The position numbers and the translations under genes are program-made. Positions 27,852-36,691 of a DNA stretch of 40,074 bases are shown in pieces. Each line of letters opens with the position of its first letter. The stretch's first letter is position 1. Origin of the DNA: Burkholderiales bacterium (GTDB lineage Bacteria > Pseudomonadota > Gammaproteobacteria > Burkholderiales > Burkholderiaceae_C); assembly GCA_043756905.1 (NCBI GenBank), contig JAYUQE010000147.1:1-40074 (forward strand), written 5' to 3'. The notes beneath the pieces are model-generated. The model saw only the letters and a program-made list of their open reading frames with translations. It had not been told where the DNA came from and ran no database searches.

Positions 27852-27978
27852 GAGGTTCCTCGCCTGACATGGAGTTAAATCACGCTGCTGCATCGGCTCA
27901 CAAGGTGTAGCCATCAATGCCAGCAGCACATGACATACAAGGCTTCTGAGTGGCCCTTTCGCGCGGTGTCATTAGCTT

Positions 27979-27988
27979 CCCCCCCCCC
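27979..27988. repeat. C10/G10 homopolymer upstream of the peptidase gene
   Basis: Minus strand TTGACG-gcacctt-G10-AAGCTAAT. Confidence 0.8.
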
Positions 27989-28028
27989 AAGGTGCCGTCA
28001 ACCCCTAGCTTTGACACATTCGCGTGCC

Positions 28029-28100
28029 GTGATGCGTGAGATTGATGATGCGCGGGCAGATGGGGCGGCGCGGTGGTTGCGGATGCAGGTAGTGAACTAA
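28029..28100 (+). repeat. displaced duplicate of the RIO1-like kinase 3' end (25785-25856)
   Basis: 63/72 nt identical by hand count; encodes VMREIDDARADGAARWLRMQVVN* versus VMREIDDARADEAARVLRMQVVN*. Confidence 0.92.
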
Positions 28101-28134
28101 CCATCCGCGGCTTTACCGGGAGATGGTTACTCGG

Positions 28135-29034
28135 CTACTCGGCAACGAACTCGATTCGATCTGTGTCGATCAACCTTTTGGACCCACCAGAAACGACACC
28201 TTCGACTGTGGTGACGAGCACGTTTTTTCCGTGCTTGAGGGGGCCGGCCGGCGCCATGGTGAGCACGGCACGGCGGTGGTGGGCGGCCGTGGTGACGAAG
28301 CGGTCTGAAATGTCAACGTCATTCAACATGGCGCGGAAACTGGACTGATCCACCACTTCGCCGTTTTGGCCGAAGACAATGTCAACTGCCATGGGCGCCT
28401 TGTGCAGCGTGGCGTGGCGCAAGCTTGGAAACACCAGAAACCCGTCTACAGCCGGTTTGCGCCCACCCGATGGCAGTGCTTCATTTCGCGCTGGCGCCAG
28501 CACCTTGCCCTTGAAAGCGTTGGCGGGGTAACCCGGGTTGTCGGGCTCCTTGCCGATGGGGAAATCGACGCCTTCGATCGGAGTCGGCACCCAGCCTTGT
28601 GCGAAGAAAATGCCTGGTGAAGGCGGATAGGCGCTTTGAAGTGAAAACCCGGCCAGCGTCTGGCCGGGCTTGATCTGATAGATGCTTGGCAGGCCTCTGC
28701 CGTCGTCAATGTAGCCTGGTGGACTGACGATGCCATCTTCCTCGCAGGCACACCAACCTACGCGGTTGCCCGTGCTCGTGACCAGCGCCCACCAGCCGCG
28801 CGGCGACTTGACGTTGACCACCGTCGCACCGCGCAGTGGCAAGTCAAAGTCAGACAAATCTTGGCTGGCGCCACGCCGATTCGTCAGCGTATAGGCGTAG
28901 GTGTAAAGGCCGGAATCGGCGTCGAAAGTAACCTTGAGATCGACCGCCACCCGCACCTTGTTGGGCCACTCAACTTTGCCCTGTGCAGCCAGGCAAAGAA
29001 GCAGCGTCAACGCCAACATCAGGGCTCTGGGCAT
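28135..29034 (-). CDS. exported hypothetical protein, 299 aa; paralog of 25962-26861
   Basis: ATG 29034 with AGGAG RBS; signal peptide; shared blocks PNKV, KSPRGWWAL, WCAC, PSIYQIKPGQ, PAVDGFLVF, GKNVL, DTDR. Confidence 0.85.
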   Translation of the reverse strand: MPRALMLALTLLLCLAAQGKVEWPNKVRVAVDLKVTFDADSGLYTYAYTLTNRRGASQDLSDFDLPLRGATVVNVKSPRGWWALVTSTGNRVGWCACEEDGIVSPPGYIDDGRGLPSIYQIKPGQTLAGFSLQSAYPPSPGIFFAQGWVPTPIEGVDFPIGKEPDNPGYPANAFKGKVLAPARNEALPSGGRKPAVDGFLVFPSLRHATLHKAPMAVDIVFGQNGEVVDQSSFRAMLNDVDISDRFVTTAAHHRRAVLTMAPAGPLKHGKNVLVTTVEGVVSGGSKRLIDTDRIEFVAE

Positions 29035-29256
29035 GATGTCTCTCCTGGTTGCTGCGCCGACGACGATGGTCTTCCTGGCGCAGCAGTCCGTCAACCGTCT
29101 GTTTTGCGACTTGTCTGGGGACCGTGATCTGTCCGCTCCACGGCCAGCAAAGTGTGCCGCATGCGGCGGCGCAAAGGCAGGGTTTTGCGGGCCGCAAAAT
29201 GGTGGCGTCGCGCGCCCTCCAACCCGTTGTACGCACCGCCAAGGAAAACACCCACC

Positions 29257-30234
29257 ATGAAAACCCAGATCACTGAAATGTTCGGCATCCAGCACCCCAT
29301 CATCCAGGGCGGCATGCATTTCGTCGGCTTTGCCGAGTTGGCTGCGGCGGTGAGCAACGCCGGCGGCCTGGGCATCATCACCGGCCTGACACAGCGCACG
29401 CCCGAGCTGCTGGCCAAGGAAATTGCGCGCTGCCACGAATTGACGAGCAAGCCTTTCGGCGTGAACCTCACCTTCCTGCCGGTGCTGACCGCGCCCGACT
29501 ACCCGGGCTACATCCGCGCCATCATCGAAGGCGGTGTGAAGGTGGTGGAAACGGCGGGCAACAACCCGCAGAAGTGGCTGCCGGCGCTGCATGAAGCGGG
29601 CATCAAGGTGATCCACAAATGCACCTCGGTGCGCCATTCGCTCAAGGCCCAGGCCATTGGCTGCGACGCTGTGAGCGTGGACGGTTTCGAGTGCGGCGGC
29701 CACCCCGGCGAAGACGATGTGCCCAACTTCATCTTGCTGCCGCGCGCGGCCGATGAGTTGAAGATTCCCTTCGTGGCTTCCGGCGGCATGGCCGACGGCC
29801 GCTCGCTGGTGGCCGCGTTGGCCCTGGGCGCTCAAGGCATGAACATGGGCACGCGCTTCATCGCCACGAAAGAAGCGCCGGTGCATGAAAAAGTTAAACA
29901 GGCCATCGTGGCCGCCAATGAACTCGACACCCGTTTGGTGATGCGTTCGCTGCGCAACACCGAGCGCGTGCTCACCAATGCGGCGGTGGAAAAGCTGCTG
30001 GAAAAGGAACGCACGCTGGGCGCAGCGCTGACCTTCAACGACATCATCGAACAAGTGGCCGGCGTCTACCCGCGCATCATGCTCGAAGGCGACATGGACG
30101 CCGGCGCCTGGTCTTGCGGCATGGTGGCGGGGCTGATCCACGACATTCCCACGGTGAAGGAATTGATCGATCGGATCATGGGGGAGGCGGAAGGGTTGAT
30201 TCGGGGGAGGTTGGCGGGGTTTGTTCAAGGGTAA
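29257..30234 (+). CDS. nitronate monooxygenase / FabK-like flavin oxidoreductase
   Basis: HPIIQGGM, SNAGGLG, DGFECGGHPG, ASGGMADG, MGTRF; ATG 29257 with AAGGA RBS. Confidence 0.92.
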   Translation: MKTQITEMFGIQHPIIQGGMHFVGFAELAAAVSNAGGLGIITGLTQRTPELLAKEIARCHELTSKPFGVNLTFLPVLTAPDYPGYIRAIIEGGVKVVETAGNNPQKWLPALHEAGIKVIHKCTSVRHSLKAQAIGCDAVSVDGFECGGHPGEDDVPNFILLPRAADELKIPFVASGGMADGRSLVAALALGAQGMNMGTRFIATKEAPVHEKVKQAIVAANELDTRLVMRSLRNTERVLTNAAVEKLLEKERTLGAALTFNDIIEQVAGVYPRIMLEGDMDAGAWSCGMVAGLIHDIPTVKELIDRIMGEAEGLIRGRLAGFVQG

Positions 30235-30439
30235 TGATTGGCGGCTGCCGGCCATGCGCGGTCGGCCGAAAAGACCCTCGGAAGCAGCTACCAGCCCAAG
30301 CCGTCGAGGCTGCCGGGGCCGGTCCTGAACAGGTGCTGGTGTAGATTTCCGCTCTAGAACACGGTGTGGCCGGGATGAGTTAGGACAAATCCGCGACTTC
30401 GGCAGCAATCGCGGCCACAGGAAGTGACAGGGACCAGCA

Positions 30440-31642
30440 ATGGACGGCGAAGAGCGTGCGCACGCAAACCGAAACGACTCTCAGTTCGTAGGGTCGAAGC
30501 CGCTCGCGTCGGTTCTTGCAGACATTCCCGATGATCTTGGTGGCATCTACGCTCGCAAAGGCTTTGGCTTTCAAGACGACGTTGCCGCGAGCTTCTATAT
30601 CGAAATGCTGTGCTGCGATGACTTGGCGGAGGTCGCCTGCGAGACGCACGATGATGTGAGGCTGATCTGGAAACGCCAAGGAGAAGCCGTGGTCGAGTTT
30701 GTTCAGGTCAAGGCAGAGCATCCCGAGCAGCTCTGGACGGTTGCCAAGCTCTGCGAGAGGGTCAAGTCGCCGACCCGCCCGGGCGGAGCTGGCTCTTCCT
30801 TGCTGGAAAGGAGTTTGGATCGAGACCGGTACAAGGAAACCTCTTGGTTTCGCGTCGTCACTTGCCGTCAGGTCAACTCTGAACTTGAACTACTAGTCAC
30901 GCTCGAAAGAGGAAGTGAAAGCAGAGCTCTTGCGGATCCGCGGTTCAAGGTGCTCGCTGACAATATCGTCACGCGTATCCCCGCGGCGAGGTCGCGGAAA
31001 GGAAACAACTCCTTCTACTGGCTCGTCAATGCTCGCTGGGATGTCGTGGCTGAACGCGACATCAAGCCCTTGAATATAACCAGGCTATACGACGTTCTAC
31101 ATCGGTTCGGATTCCCGTGCGATCCAGATACCGCGAAAAGCATGTACGGCAACTTCCTTGCGTTGGCGAAAGACACTGCGGAGTACGGTCGAGAAAAATG
31201 GCACCAAAAGAGCATCTCTCGCGCGCAACTTGTCGAGAAGTTCAAGCAGTGGCTCAACCCGTTTCCGGAGCTGGGAAAGCCGGAACGACTCGATCAGAAG
31301 CTTTCAGGCGCGGGTTTGGACGAGACCTGCCGTAAGGTGGCTCTAGATCAACGCCGACGCTATTTGCAGAAGCGTCGCGAGGTGAACTACCTGAGCGTCG
31401 AACAGATTGAGGACATCGACTATCAAGTTCTCGATGTCCTTCACGCACTCAGATCGTCACTTGATGCAGGTCTCATTGTCGAGGACGGTGTCACGTTTCA
31501 CGCCACCTGTCTCAAAGCGGTGGGTGCACAGCATGGAACGGGACCTGCGTCGGACTCGGTGCTTATGCCCGGGTACTTGCCCGGATGCATGTACGAAATA
31601 GCCGCTCGATGCCGGCACCGCTTCACGCCGTTCCGGTCATGA
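30440..31642 (+). CDS. lmuA: Lamassu/ABC-3C effector: Cap4/DUF4297-like PD-(D/E)xK nuclease plus C-terminal domain
   Basis: GGIYARKGFGFQD, ETHDDV, FVQVK nuclease motif; C-terminal GCMYEIAARC resembling ABC-3C CTD; lower GC than flanks; exact start uncertain. Confidence 0.78.
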   Translation: MDGEERAHANRNDSQFVGSKPLASVLADIPDDLGGIYARKGFGFQDDVAASFYIEMLCCDDLAEVACETHDDVRLIWKRQGEAVVEFVQVKAEHPEQLWTVAKLCERVKSPTRPGGAGSSLLERSLDRDRYKETSWFRVVTCRQVNSELELLVTLERGSESRALADPRFKVLADNIVTRIPAARSRKGNNSFYWLVNARWDVVAERDIKPLNITRLYDVLHRFGFPCDPDTAKSMYGNFLALAKDTAEYGREKWHQKSISRAQLVEKFKQWLNPFPELGKPERLDQKLSGAGLDETCRKVALDQRRRYLQKRREVNYLSVEQIEDIDYQVLDVLHALRSSLDAGLIVEDGVTFHATCLKAVGAQHGTGPASDSVLMPGYLPGCMYEIAARCRHRFTPFRS

Positions 31643-32187
31643 GATCGGTGCGCAATTTGGGAAGTGTGCCGGTTTCTGTTCCACTTGCCGCTGACGACAT
31701 AGTGGAACTGCATGCGGCGCGCCTGCTTCTTCTTGTCCTCCACTGCGGTTCAGGCAACAGAATCGACGGGCTTACGAAGCTCGCCAAATTGGACTTCTTT
31801 GTCCGATACCCCAGCTTCTTCGATCGTGTGGCACAGCATCTGGGGCAGTCTGCATCGAGCGCGACAGATCAAACCGAGTCGGCGATGGTTCGGCACCACT
31901 ATGGTCCGTGGGACAAGCGCTACTACCAAGTCCTCGGCTTTCTGGAAGCGCGCGGATTGGTGGGAGTACGCAAGCACGGCAACTCCTACATTTTCTCTTT
32001 GACAGATTTCGGGATTCAGAGCGCAAAGTTGCTAACGAAGGATCGAGCACATGTCGCACTTGTCGATCAGATGAAGGCGGTAAGAAAGCTCCTCGGCCGA
32101 AAGCAAGGCACGCAGTTGAAGAACCTCGTATACGAGGTCTTCGATGCGGAGGTGAAGCAACGCAAGCTTGGCGAACTGATCCGATGA
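31639..32187 (+). CDS. lmuC: Lamassu/ABC-3C middle component
   Basis: 182 aa; ATGA overlaps with both neighbours; KLAKLDFFVRYP and HYGPWD wHTH-like motifs. Confidence 0.7.
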   Translation: MRSVRNLGSVPVSVPLAADDIVELHAARLLLLVLHCGSGNRIDGLTKLAKLDFFVRYPSFFDRVAQHLGQSASSATDQTESAMVRHHYGPWDKRYYQVLGFLEARGLVGVRKHGNSYIFSLTDFGIQSAKLLTKDRAHVALVDQMKAVRKLLGRKQGTQLKNLVYEVFDAEVKQRKLGELIR

Positions 32188-34073
32188 CGGCTAGAAATCT
32201 TCGGATCAAGTCGGCCAACCGATACCCCGAGCTGGGAGAGCACGACTCGATCGCGTTTGACAACGGTGTCAACGTCATTGTTGGTGAGCTGCAAGCGGGC
32301 AAGACGACATGGCTGCGGATGATTGACTATGCGCTTGGGGATACCGGGAAGTTGGAGGAGGCCTTTGACGCCGCGTTGGCAGAGAAGTACGAACGAGTCA
32401 AGGTTGTCCTTGCAATCGGAGAGAAAGATTTCGTCGTTGAACGAAAGTGGAAAGAGTCCGGCGCAAAGACAAAGATCTTCCTAGACGGCGAAAGGTTGAG
32501 TACGACTGAATTCTCTGCGTCCCTGCTCCGGGCACTAGACATTCCCCTGATTCACATTCCGATCGGCAACCCCTTCGAAAGAACTTGGCCCGAACTGAGC
32601 TGGCGCGAACTATTCAGACATCTCTACAAGGCGGAGCGCCCATGGGGTGGTTTTGCTGAGAAACAACCCGACGTCACGCGATCTGCATGCCTTCTTCATT
32701 TCCTTGGCGCAGCAACAAGTCTCTATCCGGAAGAACGCGGCATCCCAGTGAGGAAGAAGAAGGAAAAGGAGCGGCTCGAGGCACAGAAGGATGTCTTCGC
32801 TGGAGTCATGCAGGAGATCGCCGTGGAGCTTGTTGGTCTTCGTGACATGACGATCGCAGTCACGCCAGACTCGGTCGCGCGGGCGCGCGAGCAACGACGG
32901 AACCGCCTTCTCGAGATTGACGCCCAGCGAGATGCCGTTCTTGCATCTTTCGACAAGCATGAGATCCGTGAAGCGACTTCGCCCGGTCTACAGGTAGCGA
33001 AACAACGCCTCGCAATTCTCCACGAGCAACTTGGTCAAGTCGAGACTGAACGGAACGACGCGAAGCGGCGCAGAGCAGAAATCGTTGAGTACGTCGTTAG
33101 ACTCGGAGCGGAGCGAGATCGCTTCGCGCGAGTGGTGTCCGGAGCATCACTGTTCGCTGACCTCAAAGTGACTCATTGCCCCGCATGCGATCAAGTCGTA
33201 CCTGAAAGGCGCTACGAGGCCCATCTCTGCGCCGTTTGCGGTCAAGCACATCCGATCGCCAGCGACAACACGGAGGCAGGTGGCCGACGCATCACCTTCG
33301 AGCAGCAGCAAGTCACCGAGGAGTTGGATGAATTCAGCCGATTGATTGAGCAGTTCGACAACGAACTCAACGCCATTGATGTCCAGGTTCGAGACATCGA
33401 GGATGGCATAGAGGGCGAGAGGCGAACCGTTGAAGCTTCAACGGCGCTTGCTATTCGAGCAATCCCGCCAGAACTCGCCCTCTTAGACCACGAAGCGGGT
33501 CAAATTGCCGCTCAACTGCAACAACTTGAACGCGTCGAGAGGGCAATAGGCTCACGAGAAAGTATGAGCGCTGAGATCACCGCGCTTGACGAGGAAATAG
33601 CAGGACTTGATGCCGAGATTCGGCGCTTGACGCCAAGCATCAACTACAACGCACTCGGCGATCTTCTGGCAGATCGAATGAACGACTATCTGAACGCGGT
33701 GAATGCTGACAGTCTTAGTCGTTGGAAAACCGGTCGTGCTTCGGTGAAATTGCGCCGCGACGACTTTGCCGTGCATTTGGACGGTCAACCTTGGACCGTG
33801 CGGGCAGGAGGGACTGCTGGGTACTTGCTGCAACTTGCTTATCACTACGCCCTGCTTTCGCTCGGCAAGGATGGCAAGTACAACTATCCAGGGTTCCTAA
33901 TCATCGACTTTCCTCCTCACTTTTCCAAGGCAGGCGATCTGCGAGACAGCGAGAACTATCTGCTGAAGCCGTTTGTTGATCTGTGCTCACATCCGGCAAT
34001 GGCTGGTGGTCAAGTCATCATCGCCGGGCGCGCATTCGACGACCTTCTCGGAGCGAACGTGATCAGACTGTAG
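32184..34073 (+). CDS. lmuB: Lamassu/ABC-3C SMC/Rad50-like ABC ATPase
   Basis: Walker A GELQAGKTT, coiled coils, central CPAC...CAVC, Walker B FLIID; start at ATGA 32184 (629 aa). Confidence 0.8.
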   Translation: MTARNLRIKSANRYPELGEHDSIAFDNGVNVIVGELQAGKTTWLRMIDYALGDTGKLEEAFDAALAEKYERVKVVLAIGEKDFVVERKWKESGAKTKIFLDGERLSTTEFSASLLRALDIPLIHIPIGNPFERTWPELSWRELFRHLYKAERPWGGFAEKQPDVTRSACLLHFLGAATSLYPEERGIPVRKKKEKERLEAQKDVFAGVMQEIAVELVGLRDMTIAVTPDSVARAREQRRNRLLEIDAQRDAVLASFDKHEIREATSPGLQVAKQRLAILHEQLGQVETERNDAKRRRAEIVEYVVRLGAERDRFARVVSGASLFADLKVTHCPACDQVVPERRYEAHLCAVCGQAHPIASDNTEAGGRRITFEQQQVTEELDEFSRLIEQFDNELNAIDVQVRDIEDGIEGERRTVEASTALAIRAIPPELALLDHEAGQIAAQLQQLERVERAIGSRESMSAEITALDEEIAGLDAEIRRLTPSINYNALGDLLADRMNDYLNAVNADSLSRWKTGRASVKLRRDDFAVHLDGQPWTVRAGGTAGYLLQLAYHYALLSLGKDGKYNYPGFLIIDFPPHFSKAGDLRDSENYLLKPFVDLCSHPAMAGGQVIIAGRAFDDLLGANVIRL

Positions 34074-34201
34074 GAGACGCTTTGCCTTGATGAGAGGGAC
34101 GTTTTGCGCCGCCCACGACCGCCGGATACCTGCGAGACCGACAGTCAGTAACGGGTCGCTTGCAGTCATGCTTTCCTGCTCATCGCCGATTGCATCTGCG
34201 C

Positions 34202-34606
34202 CTACACCCCCACCCTACCCACCCGCAAAATCAACATCATCGGATGCGTAGGCGAAGCCTGAAACCTGTAGTGTTCGTAGAACTGCTTCGCTCGCTCATG
34301 CAGCGCATGCACCAGCAGCGCCCGCACGCCCGCCTGGGTTGACACAGCCACGGTGCGGTGCACGGCATCTTGCAGCAACGCTGCACCCAGGTGCAGGTCT
34401 TGAGCTTGCTTGTCCACCGCCAGCCGCGCCAGCACCATCACGGGCACCGGGTCGGGCATGTTGCGGCGAATCTTGCTGGTGGCGTGTTGATGCGAAACCG
34501 CGCCTGCCGCCATGGCGTAGTAACCAACGACGCGATCTTCCTGGTCGGCCACTATGAAACTGCGGGTGGCGCCGCTGAATTGATTGGTTAGCGCGCGGCG
34601 TTTGCA
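34202..34606 (-). pseudogene. 5'-truncated GNAT toxin (TacT/AtaT-like)
   Basis: KRRALTNQFSGATRSFIV...VVGYYAMAAGAV...RRNMPDPVPVMVLARLAVD...ALLVHAL...FYEHY; usual N-terminal segment and antitoxin gene absent. Confidence 0.75.
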
Positions 34607-34609
34607 GGA

Positions 34610-35617
34610 TTACCACCGGCCAAGGGCTTCGCGCAGCTGTGCCTTGACGGCATCAACGGGGAAGCTCGAATCGATCGACGTGCGCGCCACTGCCCGGATC
34701 TGCGCGTCCGACCAGGCAAACGCTTCGCTGCACAGCGTGTACTCCCGCTCAAGACTGGTACCGAGCAAGGCAGGATCGTCGGTGTTCACCGACACGGCGA
34801 CCCCCGCGCGCCGCAGGCGTTCGATCGGATGCTGATCCATCGACGGGTAGACGCGGAGCGTCAGGTTCGATGACGGGCACACGCCCAACGGAATCTGCCT
34901 GTCAACCAGCAAGGCCACGACGCTTGGATCCTCGATCGCGCGCACACCGTGGTCGATGCGATCGGCGCCAAGCAACTGAATGGCATCGCGCACGCCTTCG
35001 GGCCCGCTCGACTCGCCCGCGTGCACGGTGCGTTTCAGGCCGGCAGCCCCAGCCCGCCGGAAGGCCTCGGCAAAACGTGGCCCGGTGCGTCCGGCGGTGG
35101 CCTCGTTGCCGTCGATCGACAGCGCCACGACGCGCGGATGGCGCAGCGCCACCAGCGTGTCGACCAGTTCGTCCGCTTCGTCGGGCGTCTGGGTGCGCAG
35201 CAGGCTCACGCACAGACCCACCGGCGGCAAGCCCTCCTGCTCGGCGGCACGAAAGCCGGCATCCAGCGCATCGATCATTTCCGGCAGCCGCCCGTGCCAA
35301 TGCTTCCAATGGGTCGGGTTGAAGATCAGGTCGCCATAGCCCGCGCCGCTGGCAGCCAGCCGCCGGCTGAATGCATGGGCTGCCTCGGCCAGCTCGTCGC
35401 GTGTGCGCACCAGGCCACAGGCCCAGTCGAGGAAGTGCAGGAAGTCGGCCAAGCCTTCAAAGTGAAACAGGCTCTCGCGCGGGCGCGGCAACGGTTCGCC
35501 GAACTTGCGCGCCCAATGCGCCAGAAGCTCTACCTCGAAGCAGCCTTCCAGATGCACATGCACCTCGGCCTTGGGCAGCGCGCGCTGGCGGTCGATCGTC
35601 GGGTTGTTTGAATTCAC
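34610..35617 (-). CDS. add: adenosine deaminase family protein
   Basis: LPKAEVHVHLEG, HAGE, RIDHGV, CPSSN, VNTDDP; GTG start 35617 with AGGA RBS. Confidence 0.88.
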   Translation of the reverse strand: MNSNNPTIDRQRALPKAEVHVHLEGCFEVELLAHWARKFGEPLPRPRESLFHFEGLADFLHFLDWACGLVRTRDELAEAAHAFSRRLAASGAGYGDLIFNPTHWKHWHGRLPEMIDALDAGFRAAEQEGLPPVGLCVSLLRTQTPDEADELVDTLVALRHPRVVALSIDGNEATAGRTGPRFAEAFRRAGAAGLKRTVHAGESSGPEGVRDAIQLLGADRIDHGVRAIEDPSVVALLVDRQIPLGVCPSSNLTLRVYPSMDQHPIERLRRAGVAVSVNTDDPALLGTSLEREYTLCSEAFAWSDAQIRAVARTSIDSSFPVDAVKAQLREALGRW

Positions 35618-35777
35618 GGAGTGTCCTGTTCGTCGAGTTGCTATGGCATGGTGGCCGGAACTGGGAGGTCGCCGGCCAAGCGCCTGGGGGCTCTGCCCGC
35701 GGCCAATCCTTGACGGCGACATGAAAACGGACGCCATACATCTTTGACACGGATCGGCGCACGCGCGCCTGCCGGGT

Positions 35778-36680
35778 TCATCGCCATTGCAACCGGCGTG
35801 GCGCGCCGCCGCCATCCCATTGCCACAGCGCGCCGTCGGCGCCGAGCGCCAGCGTGGCGCTGTCGCCGGCCGCGGCGGCGACCACGGCGTCGAGCAGCTT
35901 GCGCGGCTTGATGCCGAAACCCTCGCCCCACACCCACAGGCTGCCGTCGTGGCGGATCGCCAGCGAATGGCGCGAGCCGGTGGCGATGGCACGCGCGCCG
36001 TCGAAGATCGGCCCCCAGCGGTCGGCCTTGTCGCCCAGGCCATGCGACGACAGCGGGCCGTAGCGGTTGCCGCCAGTGCCCAGCACCACGCCGTCGCGGC
36101 GCAGGTAGATTGCGTGGCCAGTGTGGGCCTTCACCGCCACGGCCTCGCCGGCGGTGGTGATGAAGTCGGGGCTGGCGGCGAGGCGGCCGTCTCCGTACTG
36201 GCCGCGGTGCGCCAGGCCCTTGACCCACAGCGTGTCGTCGCTGCGGATGTAGTAGTCGGCACCGTCGCCGATGCAACCCGCCACCACGTCGCCGGCCACG
36301 CGCTGCGGCGCGGACTGGCTGCCATGCCAGAGTTGGCGCAAGCCATCGATTGCGAACCAGCCCGATTCACCGGCCGCAAAGTCGGCCACAGCCTGCATCA
36401 GTGTGTCCGAGCGCTGCGGGTCGTCGGCCCAGCGCAGCAGCCGGCCATCGCCCTGCAGCGCGAAATACGCGTCGCGGCTCACGCCCACCTGGCGCACGCC
36501 GGCGCGCTGCCGCACCGGCCGGCCCTGGCCCGTCCAGCCGTAGGCCACGCCGCCGCGCAGCGCCATGTGGCGCTCATAGAAGGAGGCCAGCGCGGGGCAG
36601 GACGCGTCGGCCAGGGTGGGGCTGCCGGACAAGGCCATGGAGGCACCGCCCAGGAGGAGCAGGACGCCGCGCCGCTGCAT
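35778..36680 (-). CDS. exported RCC1/BLIP-II-like beta-propeller protein
   Basis: RR-containing leader; IATGSRHSLAIRHDGSLWVWGE, AAGDSATLALGADGALWQW. Confidence 0.75.
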   Translation of the reverse strand: MQRRGVLLLLGGASMALSGSPTLADASCPALASFYERHMALRGGVAYGWTGQGRPVRQRAGVRQVGVSRDAYFALQGDGRLLRWADDPQRSDTLMQAVADFAAGESGWFAIDGLRQLWHGSQSAPQRVAGDVVAGCIGDGADYYIRSDDTLWVKGLAHRGQYGDGRLAASPDFITTAGEAVAVKAHTGHAIYLRRDGVVLGTGGNRYGPLSSHGLGDKADRWGPIFDGARAIATGSRHSLAIRHDGSLWVWGEGFGIKPRKLLDAVVAAAAGDSATLALGADGALWQWDGGGAPRRLQWR

Positions 36681-36691
36681 GCGAGCCGGGT

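Noticed and set aside
29183-29199. Palindrome TTTTGCGG-G-CCGCAAAA as an operator
   Set aside because: Single 8-bp inverted repeat with no second copy or cognate regulator in the window; cannot be supported.
28135-30408. 757-aa ORF as a single protein
   Set aside because: Its N-terminal part is the antisense shadow of the flavin oxidoreductase; the real gene starts at 29034 (RBS, signal peptide, length equal to its paralog).
31908-32183. N-terminal extension of the SMC-like ATPase (721 aa)
   Set aside because: It overlaps the middle-component gene; the ATGA at 32184 places Walker A at the expected N-terminal position.
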